DNA of 64,000 bases. Source: Nitrososphaerota archaeon. Its GTDB lineage: Archaea; Thermoproteota; Nitrososphaeria_A; Caldarchaeales; Caldarchaeaceae. Shown piece by piece: positions 9,528 through 18,207 of the stretch. The stretch is taken from positions 64,001-128,000 of the forward strand of contig JBEPYN010000001.1 of the NCBI GenBank assembly GCA_041641305.1, read 5' to 3'. The notes under the pieces are model-generated. The model was not told the DNA's origin. It saw nothing but the letters and a program-made list of their open reading frames with translations, and made no database searches. Position 1 is the first letter of the stretch; each line of letters starts with the position of its first letter. Made by a program: the position numbers and the translations under genes.

Positions 9528-10957
9528 GTGAAAAATCTGCAGCCCGCACATTCATAGAGAAAGTCTCGAAAATACTCCCCGAAATTAAGAAACCGGGAAG
9601 AAAGGTTGGGTTAGGGGAGAAGCTTGTCTGGACAGCTTTGGCTCTAATCATCTACATGTGGATGGGCCACACAATCCTATATGGTCTTCCGCATGGAACA
9701 CAGGTGGGCCAGAGCCCGGCTCTACTAAACGTAGTTTTTGCCCAGAAGACAGGCACGCTCATCACATTAGGAATAGGCCCTATAGTGACAGCTGGCCTCA
9801 TATTACAGCTTCTCGTCGGCGCGGAGCTAATCAAGCTAAACCTTAGCAAGCCCGAGGACAGGGGATTGTTCACATCAGCCAGCAAGCTGCTCGGCATCGT
9901 GATAGCGTTGTTTCAGAGCGCTGCATACGTTTACGCGGGCTTCTTCGGCCCAACCACGGCGTCCCAGAACATCGCGATATTCATCCAGCTGGTCGCCGCC
10001 ACAGTCCTCATCATGCTACTCGACGAGCTTGTCCAGAAAGGCTGGGGACTCGGAAGCGGAATAAGCCTCTTCATAGTCGCAGGAGTAGCCGAAGAAATCT
10101 TCGTAGCACTCTTCTCACCAATAATTTTACCAGACCAAGCCTACCAAGGAATAATACTCGCATCCATACAGGCAATATTTACCGGAAATCTTCCAGCGAT
10201 TCTGGTCCGTCAGGGAGGATATCCCGACTTGGTCGGCCTCTTCTCCACAATTTTCCTGGTTCTTGCGCTGATATACATCGAGGCTGTTCGTGTCGAGATC
10301 CCGATTTCATACGCAAAGTTTCAAGGATACAGGGCAAAGTACCCCGTCAAGCTTCTCTACGTCTCCAACGTGCCGATAATATTCGCCACAACAGTCTTCA
10401 GCAACATCTTCTACCTCGGCTCACTTATCTGGAGCCGCTTCAACCCCAACAACGATAACATCTTCCTCAACTTGATTGGCACCTATAGGTTTGACGAGCA
10501 GCTGGGAACAATCGTTTCAACTGGAGGGCTGGCTTATTATGTGATAGGCCCCCGGGGAATAGCCTCGGTACTCCAGGACCCAGTCAGGGCCGGTATTCAC
10601 GCGGGGCTGCTTATACTCTTCTCGGTATTGTTCGCAAAGTTTTGGGTGCAGGTCTCCGGACTTGCTCCTGACAAGGTTGCAGAGCAGCTTATTCAGGCTG
10701 GGATGCAGGTGCCGGGATTCAGGCGCTCTCCAGACGTCATCGCAGCCGTTATTGGCAAGTACATAGGGACGGTAACCATCCTCGGCGGTCTGGTCATAGG
10801 CCTAGTGGCGAGCGTCGCGGAGTACGTGGCGGTGTTCGGCTCAGGTATAGGGCTGCTACTTACAATCGGTATCCTCCAACAGTACTACCAGTTGCTTATG
10901 CGCGAGAGGATATCAGAAATGTATCCGGGATTGGGCAAGCTTCTCGGGAGGGAGTAA
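9524..10957 (+). CDS. secY: Protein translocase subunit SecY (Sec61 alpha)
   Basis: LGIGPIVTAGLILQLL, KGWGLGSGISLFI, YPVKLLYVSNVP, IPGFR-like VPGFRR; multiple TM segments. Confidence 0.98.
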   Translation: MSEKSAARTFIEKVSKILPEIKKPGRKVGLGEKLVWTALALIIYMWMGHTILYGLPHGTQVGQSPALLNVVFAQKTGTLITLGIGPIVTAGLILQLLVGAELIKLNLSKPEDRGLFTSASKLLGIVIALFQSAAYVYAGFFGPTTASQNIAIFIQLVAATVLIMLLDELVQKGWGLGSGISLFIVAGVAEEIFVALFSPIILPDQAYQGIILASIQAIFTGNLPAILVRQGGYPDLVGLFSTIFLVLALIYIEAVRVEIPISYAKFQGYRAKYPVKLLYVSNVPIIFATTVFSNIFYLGSLIWSRFNPNNDNIFLNLIGTYRFDEQLGTIVSTGGLAYYVIGPRGIASVLQDPVRAGIHAGLLILFSVLFAKFWVQVSGLAPDKVAEQLIQAGMQVPGFRRSPDVIAAVIGKYIGTVTILGGLVIGLVASVAEYVAVFGSGIGLLLTIGILQQYYQLLMRERISEMYPGLGKLLGRE

Positions 10958-10959
10958 AA

Positions 10960-11502
10960 ATGTTCATCGACATGCTTCTGCTCTCTTCTATTGCCGCCGC
11001 AATCTCTGCAGCAACCACCGCTATAAGGAAAATCGTCTTTAAGAAAGAGGATTACGCGAAGATGGCGGAGATTCAGGCATTCAACCGCGAACTAATGACC
11101 GCAACACGGAAAAAAGACCAGAAAACAATCCAAAAACTTCAGAAAAAACAGGACTACATCAGGCAGCTGAACGCCGAAGTTACCAAGAAAAACATGGTAA
11201 CAATGTTCGCCAGCCTCCTAATCTTCTTCACAATATACCCGACTCTGGGAGGATTTTTTGGGACAGAGATGCTTGGATACATGCCAGCGGGGCTCGATAT
11301 CCCGTTTATCACAAACTCTGGTAAACTATTTTTCTACGGATGGTTTATTTTGTCGTTTTTCGGGGTAAGCTCACCCATAACAAAGGTATTTGGGCTGGGT
11401 TTAGCAGGAATGCCAGTGACAGGAGGTGGAGAGGATGAGAAGAAGGCTGAGGACAAGAAGCAGGAGGAGAAAGGCGGTAAGAACGCCGGGCGGAGTAAAT
11501 AG
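10960..11502 (+). CDS. DUF106 / EMC3-TMCO1-Get1 (Oxa1 superfamily) membrane insertase
   Basis: TM, cytosolic coiled coil (MAEIQAFNRELM...KLQKKQ), two TMs ending GWFILS; conserved position after secY. Confidence 0.85.
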   Translation: MFIDMLLLSSIAAAISAATTAIRKIVFKKEDYAKMAEIQAFNRELMTATRKKDQKTIQKLQKKQDYIRQLNAEVTKKNMVTMFASLLIFFTIYPTLGGFFGTEMLGYMPAGLDIPFITNSGKLFFYGWFILSFFGVSSPITKVFGLGLAGMPVTGGGEDEKKAEDKKQEEKGGKNAGRSK

Positions 11503-11695
11503 GCTACATTTCTTCGACGAGAGGCCAGGTCCAAAGAGATGCCGTTTCTGCGGAGGCGTGCTCAGCGGCGTGTCCACCGACCCACGGACACCCCATAGCA
11601 TGAAGACTGTTGAAAGAAGATACGGCGGAGAAATATGCCACCGATGCCTAGAGAAATCTATCCTCGCCTCCGCCGTCGCAGAGTGGGGACTTTGA
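11435..11695 (+). CDS. rpl34e: 50S ribosomal protein L34e
   Basis: RTPGG, CRFCGGVLSGV, ERRYGGEICHRCL. Confidence 0.93.
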   Translation: MRRRLRTRSRRRKAVRTPGGVNRLHFFDERPGPKRCRFCGGVLSGVSTDPRTPHSMKTVERRYGGEICHRCLEKSILASAVAEWGL

Positions 11696-12260
11696 AAAAA
11701 TTTTCCGCAGCATGGACAATAACCTCGACAACCTGCTTCGGGCTAAGCCTTGAAGTGTCAACAATAAGATGGAAAGGAGAATAGTCGCGTCCTATCCTTA
11801 TCCCATAAAGCCGTTCATAAATTTTTGAGCTTTTTATGTCACGGCTCCTCAGCAGACGGGAGGCCTCTTTCACAGATATCCTACTGCGTTTAGCCATTCT
11901 CTCAGCCCTACTTCTCGGGTCAGCCGTCAACCAAACCTTGAACGCCCTGCCCCTGTAGAGCCAGGGCATAACCCAGGAATCAACCACTATACCGCCTCTC
12001 CTACACATCTCCAAAAGTTTCTCGTCGACTTTCTTGTCGAAGCTCGGATCACGGCCCCTCAGCTTAAGAAACTCAAGACCTTTACTTGTCTCCCACCAAC
12101 CAGGTCCACCGGGCCTATACCCCATCTCCGCGGCCAGAGCCTTAAGAGCGTCACCACCCGAAACATACTTAAGCCCAAGCCGTTTAGCTACCATTTTTCC
12201 CACAGTCGATTTCCCTACGGCGGCGAACCCGGCTAGACAAATAACTGGTTTATCAGCCAT
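11658..12260 (-). CDS. cmk: Cytidylate kinase (archaeal type), inverted relative to neighbours
   Basis: P-loop AGFAAVGKST, YVSGG, DKKVD, VWLTA..RAER, YGI, LIVDTS. Confidence 0.88.
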   Translation of the reverse strand: MADKPVICLAGFAAVGKSTVGKMVAKRLGLKYVSGGDALKALAAEMGYRPGGPGWWETSKGLEFLKLRGRDPSFDKKVDEKLLEMCRRGGIVVDSWVMPWLYRGRAFKVWLTADPRSRAERMAKRSRISVKEASRLLRSRDIKSSKIYERLYGIRIGRDYSPFHLIVDTSRLSPKQVVEVIVHAAENFFKVPTLRRRRRG

Positions 12261-12323
12261 AGCAGCACCCGGCCCCCGCTGAATTTATGTATAAAAATCG
12301 TTGGAGCACATGTTATAACGGCC

Positions 12324-12641
12324 ATGGTTGATGAATCGCTTATTGGACGCGTGGTGGTAAAGACGCGGGGTAGGGATGCTGGGCTAAAGGGAGTCATCGT
12401 CTCGGTTTACGGCGACGGGTTCGTTCTCGTCACGGGCCCCAAACCTCTCACGGGAATGAGGAGAAGACGAGTGAACGCTTTACACATTATTCCAACACCT
12501 CACAAAATATCCATAGCCAGAGACGCATCAGACGAGGAAGTGATGAAAGCCATAAAGGAAGCCGGAATAGAAAAATACATGGTTGAACCACATGGGGTCA
12601 GTCAATCCGCCTTGGAAGCGGAGCTACGAAGTACTCATTAA
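12324..12641 (+). CDS. rpl14e: 50S ribosomal protein L14e
   Basis: IGRVVVKTRGRDAG, VLVTGPK.LTG.RRRRVN. Confidence 0.95.
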   Translation: MVDESLIGRVVVKTRGRDAGLKGVIVSVYGDGFVLVTGPKPLTGMRRRRVNALHIIPTPHKISIARDASDEEVMKAIKEAGIEKYMVEPHGVSQSALEAELRSTH

Positions 12642-13616
12642 ACGCGAAGCGGAAACAGACCCGCGTTATGGCAAGCCCCCAGAAAAGAGAAGCATAGAAG
12701 AACTCCTAAACCTCGGCATAATCAACCTCGATAAACAGCGAGGGCCCACGAGCCACGAAGTAGCATACCTAGCTAAGAAGATCATAGGCGTGGAACAGGC
12801 CGGACACGGCGGGACCCTAGAGCAATGTGGGGAAATCCCGCCGTCTCCGGTGTTCTACCGCTTCTCCTGAACGATGCGACTAAGGTTTCACATGTATTCA
12901 TGCATGGGGGCAAGGAGTATGTGGGGTTGATGGAGCTCCACGGCGACGCATCCGACGAAAAACTTCAGGAGGCCTTCAAGATATTCACAGGAGATGTTTA
13001 TCAAGTTCCTCCGGTGAGGGCCTCTGTCGCGAGAAGGCCGCGGATAAGACGTGTCTACTATTTTGACATGCTTGAGAGAGACGGCCGCCTCGTCCTCTTC
13101 AAAATAGGATGCTCGGGCGGAACATATGTCAGAAAAATCTGCCACGACCTAGGCCTCTACCTAGGAGTTGGAGCCCATATGGAGGAGCTGAGAAGAACGA
13201 GAGCCGGCCCCCTAGAGGAAAAAAATTCGGTGACACTTTTACAGGTTTACGAAGCCTTCGAAAAATACAGGGAAACAGGAGACGAGGAGGCTGTCCGCAA
13301 AATCGTTCTACCGTTAGAAAACGGTCTGGAGCTTTTGCCCAAGGTCTACGTCCTCGACACAGCAGTCGACGCAATATGCCATGGAGCCGACCTCATGGCT
13401 GCCGGGGTCTCGATGGTTGATTCCGATGTTGCCGTAGACTGCGAGGTGGCTGTGATGACTTTGAAGAACGAGCTTGTGGCCCTTGGGAAAGCGGCTATGG
13501 ATGCACAGTCAATCCTCGAAGCATCCGAGGGAATGGCCGTCGACGTAACAAGAGTAATAATGCACAGGTCCACATATCCACCGGTTTGGAAAGGAGGACT
13601 ACAACGCGTAGGTTAA
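12592..13616 (+). CDS. cbf5: H/ACA RNA-guided pseudouridine synthase Cbf5, intron-containing (exon 1 12592-12820, exon 2 12835-13616)
   Basis: Two ORFs in different frames: INLDK..GPTSHEV...GHGGTL, and PAVSGVLP...YQVPPVRASV...GTYVRKICHD...PUA domain. Removing 12821-12834 restores GHGGTLDPAVSGVLP. Confidence 0.93.
12821..12834 (+). other. 14-nt BHB mRNA intron in cbf5
   Basis: Outer helix CGGGA(12810-14)/UCCCG(12836-40); central helix CCCU(12815-18)/GGGG(12829-32); 3-nt bulges AG^A (12819-21) and AA^A (12833-35). Confidence 0.88.
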
Positions 13617-13649
13617 ACCTAATACACCCCGTTCCAGAGGGTTAATGTA

Positions 13650-13735
13650 GCCGGGGTCCCTCAGCCAGGTAGAGGGCAGGCCTGGAGAGCCTGTGGCCTT
13701 CGCGGGCCGCGTGGGTTCAAATCCCACCCCCGGCG
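13650..13735 (+). tRNA. tRNA-Ser(GGA)
   Basis: Acceptor GCCGGGG/CCCCGGC, anticodon arm CAGGC-CTGGAGA-GCCTG, long variable arm, T arm GTTCAAATC; CCA not encoded. Confidence 0.95.
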
Positions 13736-13770
13736 GCTATGAAGAAGTCTATGCTAGTCTATGTTATTGC

Positions 13771-13780
13771 TTTATTTTTT
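13771..13780 (+). terminator. Oligo-T archaeal terminator after tRNA-Ser
   Basis: TTTATTTTTT about 35 nt downstream of the tRNA. Confidence 0.45.
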
Positions 13781-13840
13781 CGAGTTGATGTTGGGAAATT
13801 TTTTTAGGCTTATATAAGCGGCGACAGCTGTGTATATTGA

Positions 13841-14227
13841 ATGTTGCTTAAGCGGCTTGTGAGAAGAGGGCCCATAACGATTGATTCTTCTGCGACACTT
13901 TTTGATGTTGTCAAGATTATGGCTGAGCAGAATATTGGGTTTATTGTTGTTTTGGAGAATGGGCGGATGGTTGGGGTTTTGTCTGAACGGGATGTGGTGC
14001 GGACTTTGGCTGAGCGTAGAGATTTTGATGTTAAGGTTGGTGAGATTTGCAAACGAGACATCATAACACTCTCAGCCAACGCGTCGATAGATGATGCTGC
14101 CGAGGAGATGGGGCGGCATAGGATAAGACACATAGTTGTGGTCGATGACGCAGGCAAGCTCGTGGGAGTTGTTTCGGCAAGAGACGTGCTTCAAGAGCTT
14201 TACGCCCAAGAAAGCGGAGCAGACTGA
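13841..14227 (+). CDS. CBS-domain pair protein
   Basis: Two CBS repeats (MAEQNIG...VGVLSERD; MGRHRIRH...LVGVVSARD); upstream TTATATAA at about 13810. Confidence 0.92.
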   Translation: MLLKRLVRRGPITIDSSATLFDVVKIMAEQNIGFIVVLENGRMVGVLSERDVVRTLAERRDFDVKVGEICKRDIITLSANASIDDAAEEMGRHRIRHIVVVDDAGKLVGVVSARDVLQELYAQESGAD

Positions 14228-14293
14228 TTCCATACTTGGCTTAGACCGAGGACAGGGAGCCTTCACTTTCTCTAATTTTTTGGGTGGAAAAGC

Positions 14294-15256
14294 TTGGGGC
14301 TTGTTGTTCTCGAAAATGTCGTCGCCGGTTATAATATTCGTAGCGGATGGCTGCGCTCCCAGCTTGTGACGGTTGTTGACGGCGTCAGTCTCAATGTATC
14401 CGAGGCTGAAGCCTTAGCTCTGGTCGGTGAGTCTGGCAGTGGGAAGACGACTGTTGGGAAACTTAGCATAAGGCTTCTTAAGCCACTGTCAGGCAAAATA
14501 TTCTACGACGGCATTGACGTCACCGATTTGTCCGAGGATAGGCTGCTTAAACTGAGGCGCGAGGCGAGGATGATCTTTCAAGATCCTTATTCAAGCCTCA
14601 ATCCCTACATGACGGTAAGGGAGTTTGTGGAGGAGCCTCTTCTCATCCACGAGGTTGAAGATAAAGCCGAGAGAAGTGAAACGGTTTACAAGGCGCTCGA
14701 GGATGTGAGGCTCACGCCTCCGGAAGAATTTGCTCAGAAATATCCACATCTTCTTTCGGGAGGACAGCGCCAACGTGTCGCAATAGCGCGGGCCATAGTG
14801 CTGAAGCCGCGGTACATCGTGGCCGACGAGCCGGTGTCAATGATTGATGCTTCAAGCAGGGCGGAAGTTCTTGAAGTGCTTAAGAGACTGAAGACAAGTT
14901 ACCGCATATCTTTCCTCTACATATCGCACGACCTCGCTACAACCCGGTACTTCGCCGACAGAGTTGCAGTCATGTATCTAGGCAGAATTGTTGAGACGGG
15001 AACAGTTGAGGATATTTTGAATGAGCCTCTGCATCCCTATACACAGGGCCTTATAGCCTCCATCCCAGAACCGGACCCCGGCAACAGGTTTGTTGAGAGA
15101 CCTACTATAAAGGGAGAGCCACCATCCCCACAAAACATTCCAACGGGATGCAGTTTTCATCCAAGATGTCCGAAGGCTTTTGACCGATGTCTCGTCGAAG
15201 ACCCTCAACTACGAGAAGTTAGAAGGGGCCGCTACGTGGCGTGTCATTTATACTGA
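14294..15256 (+). CDS. Oligopeptide/dipeptide ABC transporter ATP-binding protein (OppF/DppF-like)
   Basis: GESGSGKT, LSGGQRQR, ADEPVS, HPYT, C-terminal GC.FHPRCP...C...VACHL. Confidence 0.95.
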   Translation: MGLVVLENVVAGYNIRSGWLRSQLVTVVDGVSLNVSEAEALALVGESGSGKTTVGKLSIRLLKPLSGKIFYDGIDVTDLSEDRLLKLRREARMIFQDPYSSLNPYMTVREFVEEPLLIHEVEDKAERSETVYKALEDVRLTPPEEFAQKYPHLLSGGQRQRVAIARAIVLKPRYIVADEPVSMIDASSRAEVLEVLKRLKTSYRISFLYISHDLATTRYFADRVAVMYLGRIVETGTVEDILNEPLHPYTQGLIASIPEPDPGNRFVERPTIKGEPPSPQNIPTGCSFHPRCPKAFDRCLVEDPQLREVRRGRYVACHLY

Positions 15257-15931
15257 AGGAGTTGGGGCGGGCTTCTGCTCTTCCTCGGTTTGTTTGCTAC
15301 GGTTTTTTACGGCCTCAGATGCCGCGTGACCAACGTAGATGAGTGCTGCCGCCAGTACGGCTAATCCCGCCGCCGTCCATGGAACTTTCTCAACCTCGAT
15401 CCGCTCGTTGTTGAAAACTGTGACAAGCTTTTCGGAAACCAAGGTTTGTGTGTTGAATACATGGGTTGTCACGGTTTCGGTGACACGCGCGGTTACGGTT
15501 GCTGTGACCGTTTGTGTGAGGGTTTTGGGCTTGAGGACTGAGACTGAAAGCGTGTAGACGCCTGAGGAGTCTCCGAAACCTAGGACGACTATGTAGTGAG
15601 GGCCTTTCTCCACGGCTGTGTACTCGGCTGCGTCTGTCAATCCAGCGGAGCGAACACTCTGGCCAACGATTTCTCTGAGGGGGTTTAGTAGGTAGAGGTC
15701 GAAGTCCTGGTTAGAGGCCATGCGCACTTTGGCAACGAGAACATCACCCGGCTCAAGCAATATCTTGAAGAAATGTAGCTCCCCTGGGGCGAGGGCAAAA
15801 GAGTATGAACCTGGTGTCAGCTCAAGAGCCGAGCTAAACCCTGTTCCAGGAACCATCTCCTGCCCAAAGACTGAAAAGACTAACATAAGCGGTAGCAAAA
15901 GCCAAAACAACAAAAGAAAACGGCGACCCAC
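15248..15931 (-). CDS. Membrane-anchored surface protein with PPC-like (pre-peptidase C-terminal) domain
   Basis: Signal peptide, DFDLYLLNP...Y.L.V beta-sandwich pattern, Thr/Val-rich stalk, C-terminal TM. Confidence 0.65.
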   Translation of the reverse strand: MGRRFLLLFWLLLPLMLVFSVFGQEMVPGTGFSSALELTPGSYSFALAPGELHFFKILLEPGDVLVAKVRMASNQDFDLYLLNPLREIVGQSVRSAGLTDAAEYTAVEKGPHYIVVLGFGDSSGVYTLSVSVLKPKTLTQTVTATVTARVTETVTTHVFNTQTLVSEKLVTVFNNERIEVEKVPWTAAGLAVLAAALIYVGHAASEAVKNRSKQTEEEQKPAPTPSV

Positions 15932-16017
15932 AGTCTCTTTATCATTATGTGACCACGTTTAAACCTTGCTGTTGTTTTAGGAAAAACGTTTAATGCCTTA
16001 TTCTTAGAAGTTTTTCC

Positions 16018-18207
16018 ATGCGGTTCGGTGGATTGGTCCTTATTTTGCTTCTGTCAGCCAGTTTAGTGTTACCTCTAGGCTTGGGCGCTGAGTGGGGTGA
16101 GGAGTTTGCTGAGCGCGGGCCCTCGTCAAAGCTCATAAAGCCCTCGGATCTGCTGGGGGAAAGACTCTCGGGCGGCCCAGCCTATAGGCTTGGAGCCGAG
16201 TTCAAGGGAAGAGAGTTTGAAGTGTTTGCTCTGTCACCAGTTACGGATGCAGCAAAGCCTATGGGGCCGTTGATAAACATCCCCTATCGTTCGCCGACCG
16301 CGAAATTCAGCCGAAACATCATCCTAACCTATGATATCGGTAACATACCCTACCAGAACGAGCCACACATCTCCATCAACCCAGGCAACCCTGACCACAT
16401 AGTTGTGGTCTCCCACGACTTCGATGTTTCATGCGCCGTCTCCTACGTGAGCTTCGACGGGGGCGAGACTTGGCGCGGCCCAGGTATGCCTACACCGGGG
16501 CCCGAGGATAGTTTCTGCAGCGACCCAGTAGTTGATTTCGGCAGAGATGGCACAGTCTACTACACACTTCTCTCGATAGGGTCCAGGCCTTTGAGGATTG
16601 GCCGCCTGCTTTACGAGACCGAGGTGGCGAGCGTCACCGTCTCTGTCTCCAAGGATGGCGGTCTAACCTGGAATAATCCCTACATTGCTTCGCATGGACG
16701 GGTTGTGCCACAAGCCGATAGAGCATCCATCTCCTTCCTAGACAAGCCCTGGATGGATGTCGGCCCCGACAAGACAGATCCATCAAAAGACGCAATATAC
16801 CTCACATACACAGAGTTCAGAATAATTTACCCATTCCTGGACTATTACCCATTCGTAGGTGAGCCAACAATCGAGGTCTCGATAAAGCTTGTCAAATCTG
16901 TCGACGGCGGTGTGACTTGGACGGCTCCCGTGGCGGTCAGCCCTGTTTTCAGCGGGTTGGCCGGCGATGAGGATGCAAGGCTTGTGCAAGGTAGCTATGT
17001 CCACGTAGCCGACGACGGAACAGTTTACGTTGCTTACTACGATTCTCTTGACGATGGGCCTTTCAAGGGATTGTTCACACCCATGGTCACTGTTTCAAAG
17101 GATGGAGGCAAAACTTGGTCGAGGCCATCGCCGGTCATACCTGGAGGCACGTGGGAGCAGCCCTTCTTCCTCACACCCACCTACTTCAGGTCATGGTCCT
17201 CGATGTTCCCCGTCTTGAAGACTAACCCAGTCAACAGCAACGAAGTCTACATAGTTTTCGGGGCCATGGGAGCAGAACCAGGCGACCTATCAGATATCTA
17301 CTTCTCCAAATCAGTTGACGGCGGCAATACATGGTCTAAACCTAAAAGGATAAACGATGACCTGACCCTTAGAAACCAGTTTTTCCCCACCATGGCTGTC
17401 TCACCAAACGGCACTATTCACATAATGTGGGGTGACATGCGCGACGACCCCGACAACTACAGGTACCACATCTACTACACACGCTCGGGAGACGGCGGAG
17501 AATCTTTCATGGAAAACTCGAGAGTAACAGATTATCCCTCGAACCCGGCATACGGGATTCCTCAATTTGTCGGCGACTACTGGGGAATAGTGGCCACCGA
17601 CACAGACGTTTACATGGTTTGGACGGACTCAAGGGCAGGCTTCCGCGGAGCACCCAACCAGGACATCGGCTTCGCGAGACAGAGGCCTGTGAGGTCACCG
17701 AGCATATTTATCAGCCCACCCCAGGGCCCGGCCGGACAGGTGGTGACAATTGTGGGAGACGGTTTTGCACCTCGTCAACGAGAGGTCTTCATAGAGTTTG
17801 ACGGCGTTGTAATCTCTTCTTTTCCGACAGATTCTGTGGGCAGGTTCACCGCAACAATATACATCCCCGTCTCAGGTGAGGGGGCTCACATGATCAGGGC
17901 CATAGACGTATTGGGTAACGTTGCGGAGGCAACATACTATTCGAGCTTCGGCTTCAACAACGTCGAAGACCAGATTAGGGCAGCTAGGGATGAGGTGGTT
18001 AAATCTGTAGAGGAAAAGCTGTCCACCCTCACACCTTCCATAGACGTCGACAAGATCGCCGACGCCGTTGTCGAGAGGCTGAAGCCCCAGCTCAGCCAAA
18101 CAGACTCCACACCCATGCTAGACCTAGTTCTCGGACTTGCAATAGTCGCACTGGCTGCAGGACTAATTAGTTTGGCTGTTTCTGCGAGGAGAGTGAAGAA
18201 GACGTGA
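16018..18207 (+). CDS. Secreted, membrane-anchored BNR/Asp-box beta-propeller (sialidase-like fold) protein
   Basis: Signal peptide; six Asp-boxes SxDGGxTW/F; C-terminal Ig-like segment (ISPPQGPAGQVVTIVGDGF); coiled stalk; TM. Confidence 0.82.
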   Translation: MRFGGLVLILLLSASLVLPLGLGAEWGEEFAERGPSSKLIKPSDLLGERLSGGPAYRLGAEFKGREFEVFALSPVTDAAKPMGPLINIPYRSPTAKFSRNIILTYDIGNIPYQNEPHISINPGNPDHIVVVSHDFDVSCAVSYVSFDGGETWRGPGMPTPGPEDSFCSDPVVDFGRDGTVYYTLLSIGSRPLRIGRLLYETEVASVTVSVSKDGGLTWNNPYIASHGRVVPQADRASISFLDKPWMDVGPDKTDPSKDAIYLTYTEFRIIYPFLDYYPFVGEPTIEVSIKLVKSVDGGVTWTAPVAVSPVFSGLAGDEDARLVQGSYVHVADDGTVYVAYYDSLDDGPFKGLFTPMVTVSKDGGKTWSRPSPVIPGGTWEQPFFLTPTYFRSWSSMFPVLKTNPVNSNEVYIVFGAMGAEPGDLSDIYFSKSVDGGNTWSKPKRINDDLTLRNQFFPTMAVSPNGTIHIMWGDMRDDPDNYRYHIYYTRSGDGGESFMENSRVTDYPSNPAYGIPQFVGDYWGIVATDTDVYMVWTDSRAGFRGAPNQDIGFARQRPVRSPSIFISPPQGPAGQVVTIVGDGFAPRQREVFIEFDGVVISSFPTDSVGRFTATIYIPVSGEGAHMIRAIDVLGNVAEATYYSSFGFNNVEDQIRAARDEVVKSVEEKLSTLTPSIDVDKIADAVVERLKPQLSQTDSTPMLDLVLGLAIVALAAGLISLAVSARRVKKT

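Noticed and set aside
12583-13616. cbf5 as a frameshifted pseudogene, two separate genes or a programmed frameshift
   Set aside because: A precise BHB motif whose removal restores the catalytic GTLDP explains the break.
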